Assembly (NCBI GenBank): GCA_000146045.2
Contig: BK006941.2
Location: 416,001-480,000 of the forward strand
Direction: 5' to 3'
From: TPA_inf: Saccharomyces
Taxonomy: Eukaryota
DNA: 64,000 bases
Made by a program: the position numbers and the translations under genes. Positions 22,757 through 33,957 of this stretch are shown in pieces. The notes below the pieces were generated by a model, which saw only the letters and a program-made list of their open reading frames with translations, was not told where the DNA came from and did no database searches. How positions within the stretch are numbered: the first letter of the stretch is position 1; each line of letters starts with the position of its first letter.

Positions 22757-22771
22757 AAATGTATGGATGGT
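22757..22771. promoter_or_regulatory. Rap1-like site in the RPL24A/RPL30 divergent promoter
   Basis: AAAATGTATGGATGG is close to the reverse complement of ACACCCATACATT. T-rich tracts at 22800-22850 are typical of ribosomal-protein gene promoters. Confidence 0.5.
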
Positions 22772-23090
22772 AAGGTCTTTTTCCAAGAAACGTATCTTTT
22801 TTTCAGCTAGGGCCGCATTTAAATTTTTTTTTTTTTCAATTTTTTTTCCTATTGGAGACGGAATGGCAAAGCTCACGCTGGGCGATAGCACGTAACCACG
22901 CTGGTGTATTTTCATCCTAATCATTCTCTTTCATCTATTTCGATAAGCTACTTAATGTCGAAGTTTTAACTTCCATTTGTTGGAATGTTCATTACAGTTT
23001 ATACTTACTCCTTGCTCTTTTATAATATAACCAAACAGACCGGAGTGTTTAAGAACCTACAGCTTATTCAATTAATCAATATACGCAGAG

Positions 23091-23093
23091 ATG
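23091..23093 (+). CDS. RPL30: RPL30 exon 1 (ATG only)
   Basis: ATG is followed immediately by the non-canonical 5' splice site GTCAGT (23094-23099). Confidence 0.9.
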
Positions 23094-23323
23094 GTCAGTA
23101 TAACATGATTTTATAACTATTTCGCTTTATTCTTTCATGGGATTAGCAAGAAGGCTTGGAATACAAACATGAATTTTCAAAGTTTATTCCTGCTCTTGTG
23201 TTTGAGAGAGTCCGTTCAAAGGATGCTTCTCCATGACTGTGAAATAAAAGTGAGATATGCAAAAACTTTGAATAATCTACTAACAAGTTAATACGTTATT
23301 TTTTATCGTTTACATTTCAACAG

Positions 23324-23638
23324 GCCCCAGTTAAATCCCAAGAATCTATCAACCAAAAGTTGGCTTTGGTTATCAAGTCTGGTAAGTACACCTTAGGTTA
23401 CAAGTCCACTGTCAAGTCTTTGAGACAAGGTAAGTCTAAGTTGATCATCATTGCCGCTAACACTCCAGTTTTGAGAAAGTCCGAATTGGAATATTACGCT
23501 ATGTTGTCCAAGACTAAGGTCTACTACTTCCAAGGTGGTAACAACGAATTGGGTACTGCTGTCGGTAAGTTATTCAGAGTCGGTGTTGTCTCTATTTTGG
23601 AAGCTGGTGACTCTGATATCTTGACCACCTTGGCTTAA
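23324..23638 (+). CDS. RPL30: RPL30 exon 2 (60S ribosomal protein L30)
   Basis: Intron is 23094-23323, with TACTAAC at 23278-23284 and CAG at 23321-23323. The spliced product is 105 aa: [28 protein letters not shown]... Confidence 0.92.
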
Positions 23639-24062
23639 ATAAGGTAAGTTCAAACGATTTGTTGGAAGACAATTGGTTTGATGTGTATTTTTCTATAATA
23701 TATAAATCTTAGACTATTCATTAACCTTATTTTATTTACCTTCTACCCGAAAATGGGTTTCTTTTGCTGAAATAGTTCTTTCATGTAAATATTGTTTAAG
23801 CAGAAGGCATTCTTTGCCCTCTTGCTCGTGTGGGTTCCTTTCCGCTAATAATCAATCATTCTCATACTGTTCAATATCATAATTATCTCTGCGACGATTT
23901 TTCATCCGCCTCCTCCGAAACTGGAAAAAGCGATGAGATAAAATTTTCAGGAATCCATCAGCAATTTTATATGATAGATAGAAGTCTATTACGTTGAGCT
24001 TCCAATTTTAAAGGAATACTGTCCATATTCATTGAAAGCAAAATAAAACATAACCAGGAAAT

Positions 24063-24425
24063 ATGGTGAATGAAACAGGAGAAAGTCAAAAAGCGGCAAA
24101 AGGCACTCCAGTTAGTGGGAAGGTATGGAAGGCAGAAAAGACACCGCTGAGGGCCAAAAGCAGAGTCGTTAAGAACAAGAAGTTAACATCATGGGAGTTG
24201 AAAAAACAAAAAAGACTCGAAGATAAACAGTTCAAAGAAAGATTGAAGGCTTTGAAGGATGAGAAGGAAGAAGCTCGTCAAGCTAAAATAACCATGTTAA
24301 AGGAAAGAAGAGAGAAGAAGGAAGAGAATGAAAGATACGAACGTTTGGCTGCTAAGATGCATGCTAAGAAGGTTGAAAGAATGAGAAGAAGAGAGAAAAG
24401 GAACAAGGCTTTAAAAGAACGTTAG
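24063..24425 (+). CDS. CGR1: small coiled-coil nucleolar protein
   Basis: 120-aa K/E/R-rich coiled-coil ORF. Confidence 0.85.
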   Translation: MVNETGESQKAAKGTPVSGKVWKAEKTPLRAKSRVVKNKKLTSWELKKQKRLEDKQFKERLKALKDEKEEARQAKITMLKERREKKEENERYERLAAKMHAKKVERMRRREKRNKALKER

Positions 24426-24715
24426 ATCGAAATTCTTTCTCAAAAAAAAAAAAAAATAAATTCATATGGATAAGCACAATGGTATAAAGCATTATAGAAG
24501 GCTCATAGATACACAGGTCAATAACCTACAATGGTTAATATCTTAGCAGTAATTGTATAGTAATTTTATTTAAGAAATATCTCTTTAAGAAGAAAAAGAG
24601 GTGCGGACTCATTATTAAGTCCTGACAAGGAGAAAATAAGGGCATCCCTAGACAGTTATTATTCACTAAAAACTGGAAAAAACTAAAAATTTTTTGAAGC
24701 CCGTATGGCTTATTA

Positions 24716-24807
24716 TGCGAATTCTGTGGATCGAACACAGGACCTCCAGATAACTTGACCGAAGTTTTTTCTTCAGTCTGGCGCTCTCCCAACTGAGCTA
24801 AATCCGC
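24716..24807 (-). tRNA. tF(GAA): tRNA-Phe (anticodon GAA) with 19-nt intron
   Basis: The reverse complement reads GCGGATTTAGCTCAGTTGGGAGAGCGCCAGACTGAAGA, then intron AAAAACTTCGGTCAAGTTA, then TCTGGAGGTCCTGTGTTCGATCCACAGAATTCGCA. This is identical to the classic yeast tRNA-Phe. Confidence 0.93.
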
Positions 24808-25280
24808 ATATATTTTATAGGAAAATCATCAACACGTACAAACCACATAAAGCGTAAGGATAAAATCAAATAACGTTTGAACTGACACTAATCGGGCCAA
24901 ATAATAGGAGTATTTATTTTAATTTATTCCTTGACTTGAATAAGTATGAAATTTTAACAACCATTCTAAAAATTAAAAATTGATAATTACCTGAATGTTA
25001 TAATATACAAAGTGAAATGATAATGTAGATATGTAAATGAACTGAATAATCCCGTATATAAGAAGAGTAAGAAGTACTCGTGCACATTTCAATGCCAAAC
25101 TTACATTCTTGCTTCCTGTCTTCTTTATTTTATCTTTAACCTATACCCTGGTGTATTTGTAGTTAGAAATTAGAACCGCAAATTTGTAAAACATCTATAT
25201 CGTTAATGTCGTAATGGAAAAGATCTAATTACTGTTTTCTGATCTTTTATATGCATGTTTCTCTATTCGATTTAGAAAAC

Positions 25281-26909
25281 TTATGGAAAATATTCAATCA
25301 CACCGAAAGATTGTTCGATACCGTAATCACCGGGAGCCTTCCAGTAATCATTGTAAGTCGATAAGATTGTAACATCCAAGTCCATTTCATTCAAGATGTT
25401 TTGGACTGCAGTAATTTGGTTAGCAGTGGATGGAATGTTGCCTCCATTTTGAATACCAGACGATGGGTAACCTGTTTCCGTGACGAAAACATTAGAAGTA
25501 CCACAAACACCTTGAATTAATTCAACTTGACCCTTAACAAATGTACCGGCAGTTTCAGCACTGGCGCTAGTATCAAAGTAGGCATGTGGGTTGATACCAA
25601 CGAAGTCAATATCAGATTTTTTGCACAAATCAGGGTTATTTTCAAATGAGACAGGGGGCTCACTGGTAGTAATTTGGCCAGAATAGCCAGCTTCGCTTAA
25701 TTTGGATTTGACAGAGGAAATTTTACTAATCAAATCAGAAACTGAACACCAACCATTATTGATAGCTTCATTTCCAACAGTAATGAAATCAAAGACATCC
25801 CAACCGTTAGTTTGACCATATTGAATCAATGTGGTAACAGAATCATCTATGGAATCAACGCCGCTACTGGTGATATACAAACCTTGGTTAATCTTAATAC
25901 CTAGTTTTACGGCTGCTGGTTGGACGGTTTCAAAGGAATTACAGTCGGTGCCATAAACACGGATTTTGGAAATACCTTTAGATTTGATCAACGTTAAGTC
26001 AGAAGAGACAGCGTCTGCAGACTTACAAGAGCCATCATCATTATATGGTGAATATGCAATAGCCTTTGGAGAAGAAGTTATAGCAGCGCTGCTACTAGAG
26101 GAACCTTCAGAGGTGGTAGCGGCTGTTTCCTGTGTGGATGAAGTAGAGGACGAAGTAGAGGACGAAGTAGAGGAAGAAGTAGAAGAAGAAGTAGAGGAAG
26201 AAGTAGAAGAAGAAGTAGAAGAAGAAGTAGAGGACGACGTAGAGGACGACGTAGGTGTATTGGTTGATTCGGTGGACTCCTGAGAAGCAATTGAGGTACT
26301 CGTTTGTTGATTCAAAGTTGAAGTCGCAGCTGCTTGGTAAGAATGATGCTGACTTTGAGTGTTGCCTTCAACATTGGCTTCACCGACACCACTCACGATA
26401 TTTTGTGTGGAAGTAGACGTAGTGGTAGGGGAAGGAGAGGAGGAGATAGAGGTAGAAGTAGTAGCTAATTGTTGCACATCCTCACTAGTACCTGCAGAAA
26501 CAGACATAGCAGTTTGTTGCGTAGAGACGGCTTGCAAAGTAGATTCTGCTTGAAAAGAGGAGGTTGATTGTGGAATAGTGCTTGGCTGCAAAGTAGAGGT
26601 TGGCTGCGAAGATGTACTCATTTCAGCCTTTTTTAAGAGAACTTTAGTGATAGTCGTAGTTGGTTCAGCTGTTGGGTTCACACCTTGTGGAATTAAGGTT
26701 GTTGTAAAGGTAACACTATCGCTTATTAGGAATTCGACAGTTGGGGCAATAACAACTTCGGTAGTAGTGGAGTAAAAATCAGTCACAACATTAGTTGTGC
26801 TTGCTGTGTGAACTCTCGTTACAACTTCTCTCTTAGGAAGAATCGGTAAAGCTGAGGTTAGATAAGTTAAGCATAGCAGCGATGATAGAAAGCTTATGGG
26901 TGAAATCAT
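25281..26909 (-). CDS. SCW11: Cell-wall GH17 glucanase-like protein with a Ser/Thr-rich repeat region
   Basis: 542-aa ORF. Signal peptide, then (SSST)n region, then a C-terminal glucanase domain. Confidence 0.9.
26138..26254. repeat. 12-bp tandem repeat (about 9.5 copies) encoding (SSST)n within SCW11
   Basis: GAAGTAGAGGAM units are read directly. They correspond to STSSSTSSS... in the protein. Confidence 0.85.
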
Positions 26910-27641
26910 GATGGTTTTCTATTAGATATTATATCAATGAGTGTAGCGTAATAATAAGTCGATAAACAGTACAGAGAATAGAATAGATTTATTACAGTGG
27001 AGGTATGTCAGTAAAGGCTTATTCTTCTAAAAGAGTGGACTGTCTTTGTTGCGTAACTGACGATTATAGTACTGTTGCCTTAATATATAACAGTGTATTT
27101 GGATAAGCAGAAGGAAAACACGATCATTGAACTTCAATTTTCTTTCCACTTAAATAGTCCCTCCTCAGATTCTTAATTTGTTTTCGGTGCAGCATATTTT
27201 GTTGTCAGTCCTTACACTTTAACATTTTGAGATCTAGTATCCAGCTTGTAAACAATAACATTCCCTAACTTTTATTCATCTTACCGCAGTAAATAGAAAA
27301 GACCTCACTTCGCAACCATTAATCCCCAAAAGAAAAAAAAAAATGTGACATTTCATAATGCATGTTTCGAGTGTGTTTTCGATTGTTTATTTGTCTGGCT
27401 TTTAGCTGCAATGGCCCAGACTGCTAGTTACCAGTTGCTGGTTTCCACGATTTTTTAACTTTTTCTCACAGCCGCATCGAAATGTAAATAAACGCGAGAA
27501 AAAAAAAGCTGAAAATGCTGGCTCTAACTAAGAGATGCGAGGCCCTTTTCGAATAGCTGGAACATTTATAATTTTCATCCTGCATACTGGTACATATCTG
27601 GTTACATATCTGTTTATATGACTGAAAATATCTACATAGAT

Positions 27642-30143
27642 TCAGAAGCGTCCAAGGATGTTGACAACAAGTGCTGTCCAGCCTGTGAAATGCTCAGCAC
27701 CAGTACCATGACCATCTATCGGACTGTAATTTTCATAACAATAACCTTGTTCTTCCCAAACTTTGTATATGTTGTTACTGAGATTAATCTTTAAACTTTG
27801 GTACAGTTTCTTGGCATTGCTAGCCTCACCAGCCACGTCGAGAATCACCTCTGGGTAGTAGTATCTCATTGCGTCAAGACACAAGTAATTAATATTCATC
27901 CAAATTGGGCCTCTCCAATAGTTTTCATCCTTGCCGAAATAGTCGTCTTGTCTCGATAGTGATAACAGCCCGTAGTCTGAAAAGATTTTTTCTGGGTCAC
28001 TCATCAAAGCAACTACTTTCTCTAGCTTGGGTGAGTTTTTGGGGATTAGCTTCAATGCAAAGGGCAATACGGAGACGTAACCCTCATGACATACAAACTC
28101 CCTAATCTCATCGTCTTCTGGATCGATGCTAATATCACAGTAGCAATTGTCATTTTCACTCCAGTGTAACAAATCCAGATTCTCGACCACCTCTTGCTCA
28201 ATTTGTGCATATCTTTGCTCGTCCTGTGTTAACTTCAACACGTGAGCAATTTGCTTCATGGATCTTGTCATAACGCCCACCCATGCTAATGCGTCTACGT
28301 TCAATTCTGCTACATCTGGTGGTTGTGCTCTAGGATAGTCATCCATACCGCTTGGCAAACAATGAGTGAAGGTACGCCCAACCCATCTATAAACTTCGTT
28401 CTTATGAATCTTATCCCATATTCCTTCATCTTCCAATATTTCCTCATATTCATCAATAAGTCCTGTTTGAGATTTTCTGAACCAATTATAGTGCTTCAAT
28501 AGCTTAGGATAAATTTTCTTGGCATATTCGGTTAGCAAGCCAGGATTGGCTTCTAGATTGTTCGTCATAAACTTGGCTGTCCTACTATTGAACATGACTT
28601 GGTGGTAGCTGTCACTGTTGAAATCGCCGATGTTTTCAATGGCCCTAGAAAGCATTTCACTAAATGCTAGCAATAAAGTTGGCGGATTAGCAATATTGGG
28701 ATTTTGCACCTGAAATTCCTGCGGAACTTTACTCCTTGCCTCATTACCCAGTATAATTTCTCTAGCAATCCAACCACTATCATCTTCGATCATTTCAAAC
28801 CAGCTCGCTAAGATTTCAAAGGCAAGGTCAAAATCATACTCCATAATTTGTAGAAGATGGAAACCTTCATCCCAATAGAATCCACGTGGGAAAAAGCCAC
28901 GGCTCGGAACGCTGGTAAACAGTTCAAATGGACCTTCCTCTTTTGCATTCAGCAGTTTGATCTCTGTAAACTGGCTCTCATCAAATTCTGTTTCACGATC
29001 AATTAGTTGATTCCCATAGAAATAACCGATTCCTCCTAATAGGTTTGATAGCGTCTCTAAAGCAAATCTTCTTTTGACCTCCACGCTTTCAATTGAGTCG
29101 GGACCTTCTCCAAAACTAAACTGCTTATCAAAACGCGCGTTTATCTCATTTAGTGACCAAGTAATCAACTCCGTAACTTGTTCCCTGGTGGAAATACTTT
29201 GAGTAGTGCCAAGTTTATTGTAAGTGATATCAAATTGGAACCCATCTTTTTTGGTCAAATCAAATGTCTTTTGTATATAATGAAAATTACCAGGATTAAA
29301 ATTGTACAAATTTCTAATAGTTAAAACACTTGGTATTAAATCAGCAGGACGCTGCTTTGTCTCTTCCTTTTCCAGTATATCACGTATCGAATCGCTAACT
29401 AGAGATTGGAAAACATCACGAGCCTTCCAAACTTCTTTATCCGGGATTTGAAGTGATAAATGACTTGTTTTAGAGCAGTCACTTCCTGGTGCTACTTCCA
29501 TGGTTTCATATTCCGGATTTTTGAAGTAGTGACCAAAATTGTCCTTTACTGTAAGATGATACTCGCCTAATTCTTTAGAATATCCGAAGAATTTCATGTC
29601 ATTAGGGCCGTCATGACCTATCATTGCTAAGGAAGATTTTCCATCTATCTCGCCACCATTTTGACTAAAGTACAATACGACAGATGCTGTAGATGGTCTC
29701 TTGGGATCCAAAGGCTCACCTTGAACTCTCACTGACCAATTTTCCCCGTTCTTGCTCTTTACAAAATAAACAGTCAAGTTCAAGTTATTTTTTTCATCAA
29801 TAAAAACTTCTTTACCACCAATTCTTGGATCATACACTTCCCAACCATACTTTTGCAATTTATCCTGAGGCGTTGCAAAATGTCTTAACGAATGTAAGCC
29901 ATCCTGACTCAAACTGTTGAACCACATGATACCCATAATTAGTGGACTTTCATGGACATATCTGGGCCTCATACCAAAGTAACAATTGGATCTATACGGT
30001 GCCCACAGTAAAGATTCATTCGTGAACTTTTGATATTCTTCGAATTCTTGTAGTTTACTAATATCAACGGTGGCAGATGCCAGGAGAACTATGCTGGTTA
30101 GTATCCAAAATGTTTTAAACATCTTAGATTTTGAAATAAGCAT
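27642..30143 (-). CDS. CWH41: Mannosyl-oligosaccharide glucosidase I (GH63), ER N-glycan processing
   Basis: 833 aa from the first ATG (30141-30143; MLISKSKMFKTFWIL...). The track ORF starts at an upstream GTG. Confidence 0.9.
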   Translation of the reverse strand: MLISKSKMFKTFWILTSIVLLASATVDISKLQEFEEYQKFTNESLLWAPYRSNCYFGMRPRYVHESPLIMGIMWFNSLSQDGLHSLRHFATPQDKLQKYGWEVYDPRIGGKEVFIDEKNNLNLTVYFVKSKNGENWSVRVQGEPLDPKRPSTASVVLYFSQNGGEIDGKSSLAMIGHDGPNDMKFFGYSKELGEYHLTVKDNFGHYFKNPEYETMEVAPGSDCSKTSHLSLQIPDKEVWKARDVFQSLVSDSIRDILEKEETKQRPADLIPSVLTIRNLYNFNPGNFHYIQKTFDLTKKDGFQFDITYNKLGTTQSISTREQVTELITWSLNEINARFDKQFSFGEGPDSIESVEVKRRFALETLSNLLGGIGYFYGNQLIDRETEFDESQFTEIKLLNAKEEGPFELFTSVPSRGFFPRGFYWDEGFHLLQIMEYDFDLAFEILASWFEMIEDDSGWIAREIILGNEARSKVPQEFQVQNPNIANPPTLLLAFSEMLSRAIENIGDFNSDSYHQVMFNSRTAKFMTNNLEANPGLLTEYAKKIYPKLLKHYNWFRKSQTGLIDEYEEILEDEGIWDKIHKNEVYRWVGRTFTHCLPSGMDDYPRAQPPDVAELNVDALAWVGVMTRSMKQIAHVLKLTQDEQRYAQIEQEVVENLDLLHWSENDNCYCDISIDPEDDEIREFVCHEGYVSVLPFALKLIPKNSPKLEKVVALMSDPEKIFSDYGLLSLSRQDDYFGKDENYWRGPIWMNINYLCLDAMRYYYPEVILDVAGEASNAKKLYQSLKINLSNNIYKVWEEQGYCYENYSPIDGHGTGAEHFTGWTALVVNILGRF

Positions 30144-30411
30144 TGTGAAGCAACCTGAACCGTTATTATCCACTACTTCCTTATTAACAGTTGACGCTAA
30201 TATAGTGTGTCACGCATACAATAATTGAACTTTTAAATTACGCGAAAATGTGGCTGTTCTGACCGAAATGATCTAAAATTGGTCACGATACTAATCTTGA
30301 GCAAATTGAGAGGTAAAAGAGCTGAATATGCTAATGTATCCCGATCGTATATTATATTCGTCTATGTAGTTAAAAAGCTAAATAAAAGCGTTCCTTATCA
30401 GATATTACTCA

Positions 30412-32535
30412 TTAGGCAGATGGGTCTTCTTCGAATCTCAAATCCCAACCTATCTTTGGACCTAATTTCGGCAAGACTTCAGCGACACTTTGGACATCTT
30501 TATCACCTCTACCAGAAATATTGATAACCAAATGTTGATCAGGCTTCATCGTCTTAGCCAATTCGCAAGCGCCATAAACAGCATGAGAAGATTCCAAAGC
30601 GGGAATAATACCTTCTAATTGAGATAATAATTTAAAGCCAAGCAGAGCCTGAGCGTCAGTAGCTGCAATGAATTGAGCACGGCCAGTAGATTTCCAATAT
30701 GCCAATTCTGGACCGACACCTGGGTAGTCTAACCCAGCAGAAACAGAATGAGTATCATGGACTTGACCATCACTATCTTGCAAGACATAAGTCTTGACAC
30801 CATGGAAGACACCAGGTCTACCGGCAGTTAGAGTAGCAGAGTGGAACTTTGTATCTACACCATCACCACCGGCTTCCACACCCAATAACTTAACGGAAGT
30901 ATCATGCTCGAATGGTGAAAACATACCTGTAGAGTTGGAACCACCCCCAACACATGCAACAACTGCGTCAGGTAATTTACCATTGTTCATGGCAGCAAAC
31001 TGTTCCTTGGTTTCTTTACCAATGACACTTTGGAAAGTTCTAACCAAAGTTGGATATGGGTGAGGACCAATGGCAGAACCGACGACGTAGTAAGTAGTTT
31101 TCAAGTTAGTAACCCAAAATCTGAATGCCTCTGAAGTAGCGTCTCTTAGAGTCTTTGTACCATTAGTAACAGCAATTACTTTAGCACCGAGAATTCTCAT
31201 TCTGAAGACGTTTAAAGCTTGGCGACGAACATCTTCTGCACCCATGAACACAGTACAGGTTAAGCCAAATTTAGCACATGCAGTGGCAGTGGCAACACCG
31301 TGTTGACCAGCACCGGTTTCAGCAATAACGTTCTTCTTGCCTAATCTTTTAGCTAGAAGAACTTGTGCTAAAGCATTGTTGATCTTGTGAGATCCCGTGT
31401 GGTTAAGATCTTCTCTCTTCAACCAGATTTGAGCACCTTGACAATGCTCAGTTAATCTCTCAGCTTTGTGTAGTGAAGAAGGACGGCCAATATAAGAATA
31501 CAAGGATTTGAAGTCTTCCCAGAATGTGGGATCGGCGACAGCTTCATCAAAACCCTTTTCCAACTCTCTTAGACATGCATGAAGAGCTTCTGGGACATAC
31601 TGACCACCAAAGTCCCCAAATCTAATTGGGTGCTTGTGATTTTCATCAAATTCGTCCAGTATTTCCTTCTTAACGTTTGCGGACTTCAAGGACTCTTTTT
31701 GAAAGGCAAAGAATTCGTCCTTGGACAGAACCTTATGCTTAGCACCATTTAGAATTCCCTGTACATATTCCTTAGCAACGTCGTACCTTTTGCCCTCTGG
31801 AGCATCTCCACATAATGTGACGATTTTGGAACCAATCACTACACCGTCAGCAACACTACCAACTGATTGGAAATGTTCTCTGGTAGAGACACCAAACCCA
31901 ACGGCCAAAGGAGTATCCTTGGTGTACTTTCTGACTCTAGAGATGAGTTCATCCAAATCACTGGCCACAGAACTTTGAACACCAGTAGTACCCATTCTAG
32001 ACACAACGTAGACAAACGAATCGGCAATATGCGATAGTAATTCCAATCTTTCGTCGGTGGTAGAAGGAGCCACTAGTGGGATCAGGCTCAAACCATTATC
32101 ATTGATGTAGTTTCTGACCTTCAACGCCTCCTCTGGTGGCAAATCGACGATGATAAAACCATTAGCACCAGCCTTGGCAGCGTCCTGAATAAATCTTTCT
32201 TCACCGTAGTTTAGAATAGGGTTATAGTAACCCATTAGGATTATGGGTACGGTAACACCTTCATTTCTAGCTTGGGAGACCATTTCTAGAGTTTGAGGCA
32301 AGGTAACACCGTTTTGCAAAGCCACAGTATTAGATAATTGAATTGTAGGACCATCTGCAATTGGATCAGAGAAGGGCATACCCAATTCGATGATATCTAC
32401 ACCACCATCCTGGAAACCCTTGAGAATAGGGACAGTGTCTTTGACTGTTGGGTAACCTGCGGTCATAAATGTGACCAAGGCGTTCCTGTTTTCTTTTTTA
32501 GCGTTAGCAAATGTTTGTCTGAGTTGTTCTGACAT
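30412..32535 (-). CDS. TRP5: Tryptophan synthase (fused alpha and beta domains)
   Basis: 707-aa ORF. N-terminal alpha domain, C-terminal beta domain with PLP-lysine motif [13 protein letters not shown]. Confidence 0.95.
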   Translation of the reverse strand: MSEQLRQTFANAKKENRNALVTFMTAGYPTVKDTVPILKGFQDGGVDIIELGMPFSDPIADGPTIQLSNTVALQNGVTLPQTLEMVSQARNEGVTVPIILMGYYNPILNYGEERFIQDAAKAGANGFIIVDLPPEEALKVRNYINDNGLSLIPLVAPSTTDERLELLSHIADSFVYVVSRMGTTGVQSSVASDLDELISRVRKYTKDTPLAVGFGVSTREHFQSVGSVADGVVIGSKIVTLCGDAPEGKRYDVAKEYVQGILNGAKHKVLSKDEFFAFQKESLKSANVKKEILDEFDENHKHPIRFGDFGGQYVPEALHACLRELEKGFDEAVADPTFWEDFKSLYSYIGRPSSLHKAERLTEHCQGAQIWLKREDLNHTGSHKINNALAQVLLAKRLGKKNVIAETGAGQHGVATATACAKFGLTCTVFMGAEDVRRQALNVFRMRILGAKVIAVTNGTKTLRDATSEAFRFWVTNLKTTYYVVGSAIGPHPYPTLVRTFQSVIGKETKEQFAAMNNGKLPDAVVACVGGGSNSTGMFSPFEHDTSVKLLGVEAGGDGVDTKFHSATLTAGRPGVFHGVKTYVLQDSDGQVHDTHSVSAGLDYPGVGPELAYWKSTGRAQFIAATDAQALLGFKLLSQLEGIIPALESSHAVYGACELAKTMKPDQHLVINISGRGDKDVQSVAEVLPKLGPKIGWDLRFEEDPSA

Positions 32536-32763
32536 GGTCTGTCGGTGTGCTATGTCCCTTTTTGGAGCAATCGATGTTTACAGTCCATAAAAAGTGTAAG
32601 AATCTCGATGATTCTTATATGACAAATAGTAAAATTAGTCATTCTTCCACGGTCAAGAAGTGAAAAAAAATAAAAAATAAAAAGAAAAGCCTTTCGGGTA
32701 ATAAGGTATAAAGAATAGAAGATTATACAGATAATTACTATCTTGGATACATAGATGCACCAG

Positions 32764-33957
32764 TCACAAGAAATCCATGTTCAGACCACCTAATTCCAGA
32801 TTGTTCAGGTCTAGAGAATCCAGTTCTTTCCCCCCGTTATTCATGTTATTCATGCCCATATTCATATTGTACTGTGGTTGAGGCTGCTGCTGCTGCTGTT
32901 GCTGTTGCTGCTGCTGCTGGAAATCGTTATTCATGCTCATATTTAGGATATTAGCAGGGGTTAGATTGTTTAGGTTTAATTGTGACTGTAGCGGGGTGTT
33001 ATTGGAGTTTGTATTTGTATTTGGATTGGATCCATTGCCGCTGCCATTGAATTGTGACATAGATACTTGTCCCCCTTGGTTTTGAGCTCCCATTGAGTAT
33101 GCGTTCCCCATGGGAGACATCATGTTGGTCAGCGGCGTGCCCATAACATTTGTGGGCGAAACGCTGTTAATCATGCTAGGAGTTGGGTTGGGTAGCGCGG
33201 CTGCCATCGATGCTGTTATTGGCGTCTGGACAGTCGACTGCTGTGCGTAGACCTGCGCTTGAGCCTGCGCTTGAGCCTGAGCTTGAGCCTTTGCCTTCTT
33301 GGTTTGTCTTGGTTTTCTTGGCTTTTTAGGTGCCGCAATCGGTGCAGCTGCAGTGCTATTATGTACGGTTGGAGTTCCCATAGTACTACCGCTTTTTGGA
33401 CCTCTCTTGCCGGCCAGGGGATTATGTTGCATTGTAGCGGTGCTATTTGGATTCGAAAGCGAGTGCGCATGTGTGATGGGATTTGCATGAGGGGTGGCAG
33501 TTGTGGTGGGTGTCGAAGCGGCCGCAGAGTGGTTGGTGCTTACAACAGTTGCTGTCGAGCAAACGGCGTTGCCATTTTTGTTATAAGTACTCAACGGTTC
33601 CAAAAGCTGGAAACTTCTGTCCCTGTTATCTGCAGTCTTCAAGTATTCTGGTACAGTGCTGAATAAAGGTTGCAGTGCTTCTAAATGCGAAGACAAAGTC
33701 TGGAATCTATCGTTCAGTTGCAAAATCTTGTCTCTGATATGTAGGTATTTGGCCATACGGTCAGCCTGCTTGGATCCTTCTTGGTCTATGTTTGCCATTA
33801 TCTGTATGAATTCATTGAACTGCAATCGCAACGGCAGAATTTCATCGCGTGCTTCGTTGATCTGCTTACACACTTTGTCCCTGGTTTCATTCTCGTTCTT
33901 AGCCAATATCACTTGTAAATCATCTAGCTTGACGCCTGCCGGTATAATCGAGTCCAT
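32764..33957 (-). CDS. PGD1: Mediator tail subunit Med3
   Basis: 397 aa from ATG at 33955-33957 (MDSIIPAGVKLDD...). Has (AQ)6 and poly-Q tracts. An in-frame ATG 34 codons upstream (34059) gives the 431-aa track ORF. Confidence 0.85.
   Translation of the reverse strand: MDSIIPAGVKLDDLQVILAKNENETRDKVCKQINEARDEILPLRLQFNEFIQIMANIDQEGSKQADRMAKYLHIRDKILQLNDRFQTLSSHLEALQPLFSTVPEYLKTADNRDRSFQLLEPLSTYNKNGNAVCSTATVVSTNHSAAASTPTTTATPHANPITHAHSLSNPNSTATMQHNPLAGKRGPKSGSTMGTPTVHNSTAAAPIAAPKKPRKPRQTKKAKAQAQAQAQAQAQVYAQQSTVQTPITASMAAALPNPTPSMINSVSPTNVMGTPLTNMMSPMGNAYSMGAQNQGGQVSMSQFNGSGNGSNPNTNTNSNNTPLQSQLNLNNLTPANILNMSMNNDFQQQQQQQQQQQQPQPQYNMNMGMNNMNNGGKELDSLDLNNLELGGLNMDFL
32882..32920. repeat. (CAG/CAA)n tract encoding poly-Q in PGD1
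   Basis: CTGCTGCTGCTGCTGTTGCTGTTGCTGCTGCTGCTG on the plus strand, giving Q12 in Med3. Confidence 0.9.
33255..33290. repeat. 12-bp x3 (6-bp x6) tandem repeat encoding (AQ)6 in PGD1
   Basis: GCGCTTGAGCCT GCGCTTGAGCCT GAGCTTGAGCCT, read directly. Confidence 0.9.
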
